DNA of 63,153 bases, the filler included. It is 7 parts of 7 records of this genome, joined end to end, with 100 filler letters (N's around TTAATTAATTAA, not from the genome) between each part and the next. Parts side by side here need not be neighbours in the genome. Positions count along the whole stretch, not along the records: positions 6,656 to 31,754 come from SRR20825010_3064; 6 more parts are not named here. The stretch is one strand, 5' to 3'. Position numbers and translations under genes: made by a program. Under the pieces are notes generated by a model that was given only the letters and a program-made list of their open reading frames with translations, was not told the origin of the DNA and did not search any database. Shown here piece by piece: positions 20,104-29,450 of this stretch (its first letter is position 1; each line of letters opens with the position of its first letter).

Positions 20104-20993
20104 ACGCGCATCTTCCGGGCAATGCGGGGATCAAGCGTGTCACGCAGACCATCACCGACGATATTAACGGCAAGGACTGTGATCGCGAGCGCGATCCCGG
20201 GAAAGAAAATGATCCAGGGGGTGAGCTGGAAATAGGTGCGCCCCTCGGACATGATGTTGCCCCAGCTCGGAATTTCCGGCGGGATGCCGGCCCCGAGAAA
20301 GCCAAGGATCGACTCGGTTAGCATCGCCGCGCCGCAGATATACGTGGCCTGCACGATCATCGGCGCGATGGTGTTCGGCAGGATATGCCGGATCAGGATC
20401 GCCGGAAGCCGGGTGCCGGAAGCAATCGCCGCTTCGACATAGGGCTCGTCCCGCACCGTCAGCACAACGGCGCGGACCAGCCGGACAACCCGCGGAATCT
20501 CGGGAATGGTAATGGCAATGACGACCGTGGTCAGCGTCGCGCCTGAAATCGAGATCATGGCAATCGCCAGCAGGATCGCCGGGATCGCCATCAAGCCGTC
20601 CATCACCCGCATCACCGGCGCATCGAGCCAGCGCACATACCCGGCGAGAAGGCCCGTGAACAGGCCGATCACGGTTGCGATGGCCGCCACGGAAATACCG
20701 ACGACGAGCGAAATCCGCCCGCCATGAACGACCCGGACAAAAATATCGCGGCCGAGAAAGTCCGTGCCGAACCAGAAACCCGCCGACGGAGGCTTCAATC
20801 GGCTCATCACGTTCTGCTCGGTCGGCGATCCGGTGAAGAGCGGCCAGATGATCGCGATTGCCGCCATGATCAGCAGCAACACGCCACCCCAGAACACAGA
20901 CCTGTTCCGCATCATCAGCGCAAAAGTCGACGGCTGCTGCTTTTCCGGAAGCACCTCGTCGACGGACATCAGTTGAGGATCCGTTGCTGTCAT
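20100..20993 (-). CDS. Peptide ABC transporter permease (DppC/OppC-like)
   Basis: FGTDFLGRD, YVEAAIASG, RHILPN, PSWGNIM. Confidence 0.95.
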   Translation of the reverse strand: MTATDPQLMSVDEVLPEKQQPSTFALMMRNRSVFWGGVLLLIMAAIAIIWPLFTGSPTEQNVMSRLKPPSAGFWFGTDFLGRDIFVRVVHGGRISLVVGISVAAIATVIGLFTGLLAGYVRWLDAPVMRVMDGLMAIPAILLAIAMISISGATLTTVVIAITIPEIPRVVRLVRAVVLTVRDEPYVEAAIASGTRLPAILIRHILPNTIAPMIVQATYICGAAMLTESILGFLGAGIPPEIPSWGNIMSEGRTYFQLTPWIIFFPGIALAITVLAVNIVGDGLRDTLDPRIARKMRV

Positions 20994-21937
20994 CAGTACC
21001 TGATCCTTGGGTCAAACAGGGTGTAGGAAAGATCGATCAGCAGGTTGATCAAGATGTAGATAAAGCTGAAAAACAGGATCAGTCCCTGGATCACCGGGTA
21101 ATCGCGGGCCAGCACCGCATCGAGAACGAGACGCCCGAGGCCCGGAATATTGAAGACCGACTCCGTCACAACCACACCGCCGATCAGCAGCGCGATGCCG
21201 ACACCGATCACAGTCACGATCGGCACCGCCGCATTGCGTACAGCGTGCTTCATCAGGATCTTCCATTCGGACTGCCCCTTGGCACGCGCGGTCCGGACAT
21301 AGTCCTCTTCCAGAACCTCCATGACCGAGGCCCGGGTCATCCGTGCGATCAGCGAAATGAAGATCACAGAGAGCGCCATGACCGGCAGCACCATGTGTCT
21401 GAGGAAGGTAAGCAACCCGTGATCGAAGGGTGATTTATAACCCTGGACCGGCAGGATCTTGAGCTGCATCGCCAGCACATAAATCAGACAATAGGCCAGC
21501 ACGAAGACCGGCACCGAAAAACCGCCGACCGAAAAGAACATGACGAACCGGTCGATGAGAGAGCCGGATTTCCAGGCTGCGATGGTTCCGAGCGGCACCG
21601 CGACGGCGACCGCGAACACAATCGTGCAGAGGGAAAGCAACAGGGTCGGCTCGATCCGCTGACCGATCAGCTCCATCACCGGCTTCTTGGAGAAGATGGC
21701 GGTACCGAGATCGCCAGAGGCGAGTTGCAGGATCCAGCGCCAGAGCTGCATGAACATCGGATCGTTCAGCCCGAGCTGGGTACGAATCCGCTCGACATCC
21801 TCAGCGGTCGCATAATCCCCCGCGATCACTGCCGCCGGGTCACCCGGTGCAAGCCGCAGGAGAAGAAAAACCAGCACGGCGACAATCACCATTACGGGGA
21901 TGGTCGAGAGCACGCGCTTCAACACATAGGTCAACAT
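20993..21937 (-). CDS. Peptide ABC transporter permease (DppB/OppB-like)
   Basis: LAPGDPA, EDYVRTARAKG, VTESVFNIPGLG, RDYPVIQG. Confidence 0.95.
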   Translation of the reverse strand: MLTYVLKRVLSTIPVMVIVAVLVFLLLRLAPGDPAAVIAGDYATAEDVERIRTQLGLNDPMFMQLWRWILQLASGDLGTAIFSKKPVMELIGQRIEPTLLLSLCTIVFAVAVAVPLGTIAAWKSGSLIDRFVMFFSVGGFSVPVFVLAYCLIYVLAMQLKILPVQGYKSPFDHGLLTFLRHMVLPVMALSVIFISLIARMTRASVMEVLEEDYVRTARAKGQSEWKILMKHAVRNAAVPIVTVIGVGIALLIGGVVVTESVFNIPGLGRLVLDAVLARDYPVIQGLILFFSFIYILINLLIDLSYTLFDPRIRY

Positions 21938-22010
21938 GGAGAGGTAAGCTCCTCAAGGCGTCTGTCGCCAGTACGGGCTTTATCGGCCCGAGGGCAGAGC
22001 ATTGCAGAGG

Positions 22011-22042
22011 AGCCGCCCGGACCGTAAGGCCCGGGCGGCTTT
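22011..22042. terminator. Intercistronic hairpin after the SBP gene (attenuator or mRNA stabiliser)
   Basis: AGCCGCCCGG...CCGGGCGGCT inverted repeat. Confidence 0.6.
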
Positions 22043-22055
22043 CTGACGGGCGAAA

Positions 22056-23642
22056 TTATTCGACCGACATATTCCAGAAGAACTGGACCGGAGACTTGAT
22101 GAGGCCCTTCACGTTGTTCCGGTATGCAACCGGAACGAAGAACTGACCAAGCTCGACAGAAGCCGCGATCTTCAAGACCCGCTCCTGCACCTTCTTGCCG
22201 GCAGCGAGCTTCTCTTCCGGCGAGGTCGCGGCTGCAAACGCACCGCGCGCCGCCTCGAGTTCCTCGTCCGCCGCCCAGCCGAACCAGCCCTTGGCCAGAT
22301 CGCCAGAGAAGGCAATCGACATCGGGTCCATCACGTCGGCACCGATCCACCAGGTATGGAACATGTTCCAGCCGCCCTCGGAGACCGGGTCACGCTTGGC
22401 CCGGCGGGAGGTCAGTGTGGACCAGTCCATCGCCTGCAGATCAACTTCGAAGCCGACCTTGCGGAGCTTCTCGGCGGTGATCAGGGTGAAGGCGGAAAGA
22501 ACCGGAATATCCGTCGGGTGCATGATTACGATAGGCGTTCCGTCATAACCGGCAGCCTTCAAGGCTTCAGCGGCTTTTTCGATGGAGCCGGTCTTGATGG
22601 TCTCGGACGCCACTTCGCTCGCCAGAGGCGTGCCACAGGGGTAGATCGAGAAACAGGTTTTCCAGAACTGCGGATCACCGATGGCACCAGCCAGATAGTC
22701 TTCCTGCTTCATCGCCATGGTTGCGGCCTTGCGGATCTCGACATTGTCGAACGGCGGCAGCAGATGGTTGAAGCGGGCAAAGCCGATGGAGCCCAGTGGA
22801 TCGTTGACTTCGGCCGTCACGCCTTCAGCGGCTGACAGCAGCGGCATCAGGTCGGTGGAGGGCTGTTCGAAGAAGTCGATTTCGCCGGCGATCAGCGCGT
22901 TCATCGCCGTGGTCTGATCGGGGAAATAGGTCCAGATCACCTTATCGACCTTGGCGAGCTTGCCGCCAGCAGCAGCCGACGGCGGCTCGGAGCGCGGGAC
23001 ATAATCCTCGAACTTCGTATAGACCACGGTCGAACCCGGAACCCACTGGTCCGCCTCGAACTTGAACGGGCCGGAGCCGATATGCTCGGGGATCTGCTCG
23101 AACGGATCCGTCGCGGCAATCCGCGCCGGCATGATGAACGGCACGTTGGAGGAGATCTTGCCGATCGACTCCAGCACCAGACCATACGGTGCCTTCAGCT
23201 TGAACTGGAAGGTTTTGTCGCTGACGGCGACCATCTCTTCCATCTGTTCCATGAGCTTCTGGCCCATGCCGTCGCGGGCACCCCAGCGCTTCAGTGAAGC
23301 GATGACGTCCGTGGAAGTGACCGGTGCGCCGTCATGGAATTTCAGCCCGTCGCGCAGGGTGAAGCTCCAGATCTTGCCGTCCTCGGATGTTTCCCAGGTG
23401 TCGACCATCTGCGGCTGCGGTTTGAAGTCCTCATCCATCGCGAAGAGCGTGTCATAGATGAGATAAGCGTGGTTGCGGGTGATGTAGGCCGTCGTCCAGA
23501 TCGGATCGAGGTTCTTCAGGTCCGCATGCGGGATAACCCGCAGAACCGTCTCAGCGCTCGCCAGGGTCGGTGTCCCTACCAATGGCAGGGCCACGACCGC
23601 GAGAGCCATCAGGCTGCGTCGTGTCCAACGAATCATATTCAA
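22056..23642 (-). CDS. Peptide ABC transporter substrate-binding protein (family 5)
   Basis: Signal peptide, LKNLDPIWTT, YDTLFA, FTLRDGLKFHDG, IGSGPFKF. Confidence 0.95.
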   Translation of the reverse strand: MNMIRWTRRSLMALAVVALPLVGTPTLASAETVLRVIPHADLKNLDPIWTTAYITRNHAYLIYDTLFAMDEDFKPQPQMVDTWETSEDGKIWSFTLRDGLKFHDGAPVTSTDVIASLKRWGARDGMGQKLMEQMEEMVAVSDKTFQFKLKAPYGLVLESIGKISSNVPFIMPARIAATDPFEQIPEHIGSGPFKFEADQWVPGSTVVYTKFEDYVPRSEPPSAAAGGKLAKVDKVIWTYFPDQTTAMNALIAGEIDFFEQPSTDLMPLLSAAEGVTAEVNDPLGSIGFARFNHLLPPFDNVEIRKAATMAMKQEDYLAGAIGDPQFWKTCFSIYPCGTPLASEVASETIKTGSIEKAAEALKAAGYDGTPIVIMHPTDIPVLSAFTLITAEKLRKVGFEVDLQAMDWSTLTSRRAKRDPVSEGGWNMFHTWWIGADVMDPMSIAFSGDLAKGWFGWAADEELEAARGAFAAATSPEEKLAAGKKVQERVLKIAASVELGQFFVPVAYRNNVKGLIKSPVQFFWNMSVE

Positions 23643-23812
23643 TATCCCTGTTCCGTATTTTTAGGTTAGGCGCGAGGTTGGCCCCGTCAGTTACCTATTT
23701 TGGAGCGTTATTTTTTGCACCGCACCATGTGCGAGTCAATAAATCCGCAGGGTTGAACACGAAATATTTTTGCAATGGAGACGTATAATCCGCCCGGCGA
23801 GGCAGCCTGCAT

Positions 23813-24442
23813 TCAGGTCGCGGACACCGCCCGCATCTCACCGACTCCCTGCCGGATAATCTGGAACGAAGACCAGCAGAACAGGCTTGCCATCACGCCT
23901 GCGACGGCAAGGTCAGGCCAGCCGGTTCCGCTCTGCCAGACACCGGCAGCGGCGAGGACCACGGCAACATTGCCGATCGCGTCATTGCGCGAGCAGAGCC
24001 AGACGGAACGGACATTGGCGTCCCCGTCCCGGAACCGGTAGAGCAAGCCGACGCTGGCCATGTTGGCGACAAAGGCCAGAACACCAACCACACTCATCAC
24101 GGCAGCCTCGGGCACACCGACCACCAGAACCTGATACGCGGTCGAGCCAAACACCCAGACCCCCATCAGAGCCAGGGATATCCCCTTGAACAGCGCGGCA
24201 CCGGCCCTGACATTCGCCGCCTTGCCGATGACATAGAAGCTCAGGGCATAGGTTGCGGTATCGGCCAGAAAATCGAGCGCATCCGCTTTCAGCGCCATCG
24301 ATCCGGCACCAAACCCGGCCGCCATCTCGACAACGAACATTACCCCGTTGATCAGAATTACAGCCCAGAGCGCCCGACGGTAAGCCGCTGACATTCCTTC
24401 GAAAACCACATTCTCATGATCGTGACCACAACAGCCGGCCAT
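23813..24442 (-). CDS. Cation diffusion facilitator family metal transporter (short type)
   Basis: N-terminal CCGHDH, GSMALKADALDF.AD, NVRSVWLCSRND. Confidence 0.9.
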   Translation of the reverse strand: MAGCCGHDHENVVFEGMSAAYRRALWAVILINGVMFVVEMAAGFGAGSMALKADALDFLADTATYALSFYVIGKAANVRAGAALFKGISLALMGVWVFGSTAYQVLVVGVPEAAVMSVVGVLAFVANMASVGLLYRFRDGDANVRSVWLCSRNDAIGNVAVVLAAAGVWQSGTGWPDLAVAGVMASLFCWSSFQIIRQGVGEMRAVSAT

Positions 24443-24477
24443 GGCTCGCTCCTCGACAAATCACCTCGTTGACCCTA

Positions 24478-24508
24478 AATATGGGAGCTACAGCGACTGT
24501 AGGTTCAA
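24478..24508 (-). promoter_or_regulatory. MerR-type promoter/operator for the CDF gene
   Basis: Minus strand TTGAAC, 19-nt spacer containing dyad CTACAG-tcg-CTGTAG, then CATATT. The long spacer with a dyad is the MerR hallmark. Confidence 0.85.
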
Positions 24509-24537
24509 GAGAGAATGAGCGACAAATCGAGAATGCC

Positions 24538-25023
24538 ATGACGCAACCTGCCATCACCGATACAGCCCCGCGTTATCCGATTGGCGATCTTGCCCGTCAG
24601 ACGGGTACAAAGGTGCAGACCATTCGCTATTACGAGTCCATCGGCCTGTTGCCGAAACCCGCACGCACGGCAGGTAATCAGCGGGTCTACGGCCAAGATC
24701 AGCTCGACCGGCTGGGCTTCATAAAACATGCCCGCGACTTTGGTTTCCCCCTGGACGCCATCCGCGAATTGCTGGACATGACCGATCGGCCCGCCGCTTC
24801 CTGCACAGAAGCGGACGAAATTGTCAGCCGCCACCTGGGCGAAGTCCGGAAACGGATTGGCCGTCTGCAAGCTCTGGAAGGAGAACTGGCCCGGATGCTG
24901 AAAAGCTGTTCGCACGGAACCGTGGCGGACTGCCGGGTTATCAACGTGCTGTCGGATCACGAAAAGTGTTGCACCACCAGCCACGAGCCGGTGGAGACCA
25001 TGCCGTACCGGGCGCCGGATTAG
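24538..25023 (+). CDS. MerR family metal-responsive regulator (ZntR/CadR-like)
   Basis: IGDLAR.TG.KVQTIRYYESIGL, RTAGNQRVY, Cys ligands SC..AD and CSHGTVADCRVI. Confidence 0.93.
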   Translation: MTQPAITDTAPRYPIGDLARQTGTKVQTIRYYESIGLLPKPARTAGNQRVYGQDQLDRLGFIKHARDFGFPLDAIRELLDMTDRPAASCTEADEIVSRHLGEVRKRIGRLQALEGELARMLKSCSHGTVADCRVINVLSDHEKCCTTSHEPVETMPYRAPD

Positions 25024-25262
25024 CTCTCGTCCTCCGGATCGCCCGCCCGCTCGTCATAGCCATGCTTGGAGCTGTAGAAGGCCAGCCACATCAATCCGCC
25101 CCCCAGTAGCAGAGTGAAGAAAGACCCGATAGCCAGAGCGATGAAGCCATGGATGCTGATCTGAACCTCGTCATCAATGGCAAACCACATCTCCCACACG
25201 CCCCAGAGGGAGAACCCCAGAAGCGCAAAAAGACCTACGGCGAGCAGAATTATATTACGCAT
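25020..25262 (-). CDS. Small two-TM membrane protein of unknown function
   Basis: GGGLMWLAFYSSKHGYDE C-terminal motif and two hydrophobic helices. Confidence 0.75.
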   Translation of the reverse strand: MRNIILLAVGLFALLGFSLWGVWEMWFAIDDEVQISIHGFIALAIGSFFTLLLGGGLMWLAFYSSKHGYDERAGDPEDES

Positions 25263-25342
25263 TGCCTATCGCCCAACATGATTTGACCAAACTCAGAATA
25301 TGGGCGCACTCTCGCTCTAATCGACAAAAACGGGAACAGTTT

Positions 25343-26047
25343 ATGACGTGGTCAATCGTCGCACGCGATCCTAAAAGCGGCCGTTTCGGCATTGCGGTCT
25401 CGACCTGTGCTTTCGCCGTCGGCGCCATCTGCCCCTGGTCCCGGGCCGGTGTCGGAGCCATTTCCACCCAGGCCCACACAAATCCGCTGCACGGCCCGCT
25501 CGCGATTGACCTGATGACGCGCGGCCTGCCGGTGACCGAAGCGCTCATCATGACACTGGCTCACGACGAGGGCCGGGAAATCCGCCAGGTGCACGGTGTC
25601 GATGCCAAAGGAAATGTGTTCGCCCATACCGGCGCAAACTGCGTCGACTGGTGCGGGCATCTTACGGGAGACAATGTCACCGTCGCCGGCAACATGTTGT
25701 CCGGTGCCGCCGTGGTCGCGGACACCCTCGCCCGCTATGAAGCAACACCCGAACTCGAATTCGGCGACCGCCTGCTGACGGCCCTCGAAGCGGGAGAGGC
25801 CGCCGGCGGCGACAAACGCGGCAAACAATCCGCGGCCCTGCTCATCCAGGGCAGCGAGCCCTATGCCGAAGCCGACATCCGCATCGACGACCACCCGGAA
25901 CCGGTCACCGAACTGAGACGACTGTTCGGTATCTATGCAGGAAGCCGCCGCGCCTATATGCGCACCATGGGCGGGATCGGAGATTTTGCGGGTATTGTTG
26001 ATGACGCGGAGCGGGATGCTTTTGTTCAGCGGGAACAGGACCGTTAG
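25343..26047 (+). CDS. DUF1028 family (Ntn-hydrolase-like) protein
   Basis: MTWSIVARD, GVGAISTQA, AHTG..C..W.G, VAGNML, GGDKRGKQSAAL, RIDDH.EPV.EL. Confidence 0.92.
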   Translation: MTWSIVARDPKSGRFGIAVSTCAFAVGAICPWSRAGVGAISTQAHTNPLHGPLAIDLMTRGLPVTEALIMTLAHDEGREIRQVHGVDAKGNVFAHTGANCVDWCGHLTGDNVTVAGNMLSGAAVVADTLARYEATPELEFGDRLLTALEAGEAAGGDKRGKQSAALLIQGSEPYAEADIRIDDHPEPVTELRRLFGIYAGSRRAYMRTMGGIGDFAGIVDDAERDAFVQREQDR

Positions 26048-26055
26048 CGCGCCAA

Positions 26056-26835
26056 TCAAGTTGCAGAAAAATCCGAATACCCCCTCACCCGGTGCATCAC
26101 CGAATGATCCCGGTCGATCTCACCAAGCGGGCATATATCCCAGTCCCAGGATCGGCCACCTGACGGAAGCGGCACGTCGTGCAGGGCCGAAACAGTCGCC
26201 GTGAGCACGCCGGAGCGGTCCCGGATGACGTGTGCCTCGTCGGCAACCAGTGCCACGGGGCACTCGAACGCGCTGAGATAATCGAGATGCGCGCGGACAA
26301 GAGCCTTCCCCAGTTGCTCGCTTTCCGCCTCGCTTTGCTGGAATCGCTTCTCCAGATAAAGGTTCGGCACGACGGAGAGCTGGGACAGGATGCTGGCGGA
26401 GATCACCAGCGAGATTGACGGGTCGTCCAGATAGGCCGTCGGCTGTGTCAGCCCGGTGTTTCCGTCGGCAAGGGATGTGAGCGAAGCGGTGACGTCGAGC
26501 GTGACCAGCTCTATTCGCTCCTCCAGCCGCGCTGCGCGCCGGGCCGGTGTCATGAAGAGAAGGTCTGCCAGAATGACGCGCCGGAACATGCCGAGCAGAT
26601 CCGCCAATGGGATGTCATGCAGCAATCCGGCACCGAAGATCAGAACTGTGTCCCGCGCGTTGCATTGTCCGGCCGCCTCCAGCATCAGTTTGCGGCTTTC
26701 TTCCAGATGCGAGGCCCATGCTTTCCGGTTCCGCCGATACCGGCTCTCGATACCGACACATTCCCGCAAATACCCCATCCGCCGGTAAGGCTGCGGGCAC
26801 GGAGTTGTGAGATAGGTGAAGCATTCGCGAATCAT
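26056..26835 (-). CDS. Hypothetical protein with Rossmann/SAM-binding-like motif
   Basis: VLIFGAG...VILADL...TLDVT...VISASILSQL. Start MIRECF at 26835. Confidence 0.65.
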   Translation of the reverse strand: MIRECFTYLTTPCPQPYRRMGYLRECVGIESRYRRNRKAWASHLEESRKLMLEAAGQCNARDTVLIFGAGLLHDIPLADLLGMFRRVILADLLFMTPARRAARLEERIELVTLDVTASLTSLADGNTGLTQPTAYLDDPSISLVISASILSQLSVVPNLYLEKRFQQSEAESEQLGKALVRAHLDYLSAFECPVALVADEAHVIRDRSGVLTATVSALHDVPLPSGGRSWDWDICPLGEIDRDHSVMHRVRGYSDFSAT

Positions 26836-26896
26836 CCGGTAATGGTAGAGGCACGGGAGGCCCGTTCCAAGAGCGGCCCTCCCTGCCATCCAGCGA

Positions 26897-28198
26897 TCAG
26901 GCCCTGCGCACGGCCCCGCTCTCTTCATCCCAGCGCCAGGCTGGTTCACGCGACCTCACCTCCACACCGCCGATCCAGCGCGGCGCACCCGCGATACTCA
27001 GGTAATCCAGCTTCCCCGCCAGCACCCGCCGGCCTGCCTCCGTCAACGCATAGGCACGTTTCGGCCAGGGCAAATCCGCCGTCTCCGGGTCCGCCGCGAT
27101 AACCGGCTCCGTGCTGGCAGAGAGATCTTTGAGAGCATGCCAGAACATCAGGTCTCCGAGAAACGGCAGCGGCTCATGCCGGGTCATCAGGGCTTGAAAG
27201 ATCCGGCCTGCCGTTAGCTTCTGACCATCGGCCCCGGCAAGGATCGACAGCGACAACGCCTGTGTCAGGCCCAGCCCCGTGCGTGCCGAGGGCAGCTCCC
27301 GCAGATGCCGCCGCAGCGCCGGCGCCATCAACGGCAACGCGGGCGTACCGTCACGGGCGATCCGGGCAAGCTCTGTCGGGTCCGGGTCCGTCACCGCGTT
27401 CCAGACTTCAGCGCCAAGCGCAAGCTGGCCCTCCGTCACAGGTTTCAACTCGTTCTCCCAGAGCCAAAGCAGCACTTCGGGATGCAATTGGCCGAGCCCG
27501 ACAAAGCCCTGCACGCCAGGCACCTTGCCGACACAGATCATCTGCAGGTCCGGGCGCTCATCAAGCCGGGAGAAATGCGCCAGCAGGCGGGCGAGGATCA
27601 ACTGGTCGTAGCTGTCATGCTCGAACCAGAGCGTTACCCGGTCTTCCGCCCCGAGCGCATCGACCTTGTCATATTCAGCAGCAAGCTTCTTCCGCGTCTC
27701 CGCAGCCTCGCGGCTGTAGCCTGACACGATGAATTCCGCGCGCTTATCCAGAAATTCCGCCCGGTCGAGGCGCGGCACGGGGCCTTGGCAATAGGGATCG
27801 GAGAACTCGACGAAAGCACCGGCAAAGCCCGCGACCTTGAGGCTATGCCGGATATCCTCGCCACACCGGATATGCACCATGTCGGCGCTATCCGGCACCA
27901 GCGGGCGCCCTGCCTCCATGCGCTGGCGGGCTATGCGCAGCGTATCGATATGCGTCTTCATGCGCGGCCAGCTTGGAAAGCCGTTTTCCCGCGCAATAAC
28001 AAGGTGCGCATCGGCAAGCTGCTGCCCGGCCGCAACACCCTTCGGATGATGAGCCTCCCATCGAGCAACAGCGTCCACATCATCGTCACGGACAGCTTTG
28101 AGAAGCTCTTTCGCACGCTTTTTCTGTTGTTCGAGATTCAGCCGTCCGCCGAAATAATCACGCGGAACGGCCAGTGCCGGCTCGTTGGCTTTAGACAT
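26897..28198 (-). CDS. DUF1835 domain protein with extra N-terminal helical domain
   Basis: N-terminal LNLEQQKKRAKELL...LADAHLVIARENGFPSWPRMK, then HIRCGED, DPYCQGPVP, WFEHDSYDQL, GLGQL, RWIGGV. RBS GAGGGA before ATG 28198. Confidence 0.85.
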   Translation of the reverse strand: MSKANEPALAVPRDYFGGRLNLEQQKKRAKELLKAVRDDDVDAVARWEAHHPKGVAAGQQLADAHLVIARENGFPSWPRMKTHIDTLRIARQRMEAGRPLVPDSADMVHIRCGEDIRHSLKVAGFAGAFVEFSDPYCQGPVPRLDRAEFLDKRAEFIVSGYSREAAETRKKLAAEYDKVDALGAEDRVTLWFEHDSYDQLILARLLAHFSRLDERPDLQMICVGKVPGVQGFVGLGQLHPEVLLWLWENELKPVTEGQLALGAEVWNAVTDPDPTELARIARDGTPALPLMAPALRRHLRELPSARTGLGLTQALSLSILAGADGQKLTAGRIFQALMTRHEPLPFLGDLMFWHALKDLSASTEPVIAADPETADLPWPKRAYALTEAGRRVLAGKLDYLSIAGAPRWIGGVEVRSREPAWRWDEESGAVRRA

Positions 28199-28320
28199 AC
28201 GATTCCCTCGTCGCTTATCGCCTGTGTCCGCCAACAGGCAAGGAAATCGATCTATGATAGATCAGTCGGGATGGGCGCAGCCCTTTCCGCGGACAGGACG
28301 CCGAGAGGCGTTGGCGGAAA
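28199..28320 (-). ncRNA. Candidate structured cis-regulatory 5' leader
   Basis: 9-bp closing stem 28310-28318/28227-28235 encloses three hairpins. Competing arm 28289-28297 pairs with 28221-28231. Promoter-like TTGATC...TATTGT just upstream. Confidence 0.55.
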
Positions 28321-28366
28321 CAATACAGCCCCGCCCCGCGCGATCAAGCCTGTCGCGCAAAGAACA

Positions 28367-29299
28367 TCACTCGGCTGCACGCGCCGCCGCCGGTTCCTCT
28401 TCGAGAATGCCAAGATCGTCAAGATACCGTTTGAGCCCGTCGACGAACCTGCGAACCTTCAGTGGCACGAACCGGTTCGAGGGATAGACCACATGCACGG
28501 CCTGTTTTGGGTAATGCCAGTCCGGCAGAACCGCTTCGACCGAGCCGCTTTCCAACATGGCGCCGAGAAATGGCGTATGCACGAGCCCGATCCCGATCCC
28601 GGCGAGCAATGCCTGATGCACCACCGTCTTGTGGTCGGAGCGCAGCACCGGCTTTACCTGCACTTCGGAAACACGCCCGTCCGGCCCGGCAAGGGGCACG
28701 CGGTCTCCGGTGACGACATGGGCGTAGAGCAGGTAATCATGTCCGGCCAAATCCTCCGGCGTCTGCGGCCGGCCCCGACGCTCCAGATACTCCGTCGTCG
28801 CGGCAAGTGTGCGCCCGATCATGCCGAGCCTGCGGACGATCAGCCGATCATCGTCGAGCCGCCCCATACGGATCGCAACATCCGTCCGCTCCTCGATCAG
28901 ATCTACGAACCGGTCGGTCAGCGAGACATCGAGCAGGATGTCCGGATGCTCCTTCTTGAAGGAAATCAGATAGGGGCTGAGGATATCCGCGCCGAACCCG
29001 ACGGGCGCGCCAACCGCCAGCCGTCCGCGCATCGCTGTTTCCTCACTCCCCACCGCCCGGTCCGCAGCCTCAAGCCGGTCCAGAATATCCCGGGCATGAT
29101 CGAGATACCGTGCGCCGTCTTCTGTCTGCAGCACGCGCCGGGTGGTACGATCAAAAAGACGGACGCCGAGATGTTGCTCAAGCGCACGGATCTGCTGGCT
29201 AACCGCCGGCTGCGTCAGGCCAAGCTCCCGGGCGGCGGCGGAAAAGCTTCCTGTCTCGCAGGCACGGACAAAACTGGTTAGGGCGGTCAGACGATCCAT
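28367..29299 (-). CDS. LysR family transcriptional regulator
   Basis: GSFSAAARELGLTQPAVSQQIRALEQHLGVRLFDRTTR. Confidence 0.95.
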   Translation of the reverse strand: MDRLTALTSFVRACETGSFSAAARELGLTQPAVSQQIRALEQHLGVRLFDRTTRRVLQTEDGARYLDHARDILDRLEAADRAVGSEETAMRGRLAVGAPVGFGADILSPYLISFKKEHPDILLDVSLTDRFVDLIEERTDVAIRMGRLDDDRLIVRRLGMIGRTLAATTEYLERRGRPQTPEDLAGHDYLLYAHVVTGDRVPLAGPDGRVSEVQVKPVLRSDHKTVVHQALLAGIGIGLVHTPFLGAMLESGSVEAVLPDWHYPKQAVHVVYPSNRFVPLKVRRFVDGLKRYLDDLGILEEEPAAARAAE

Positions 29300-29450
29300 G
29301 GTGTGGCTATACGCGCGCTCCAAGTAGATCATTCATAAAATATTCTAATCAATCCTATAAATTATTCGCAGATTTCAATATTTCAACCGCCGCTAACATC
29401 TCGGTCGAACCGGCACGGGCCGGTACAGCATTTCTGACCGGGAGTTTCCA

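Noticed and set aside
27785-29281. 498-aa plus-strand ORF, and similar long antisense ORFs (10209-11576, 7992-9038, 52831-53760, 58634-59920)
   Set aside because: Antisense to well-supported genes, an expected by-product of GC3 bias.
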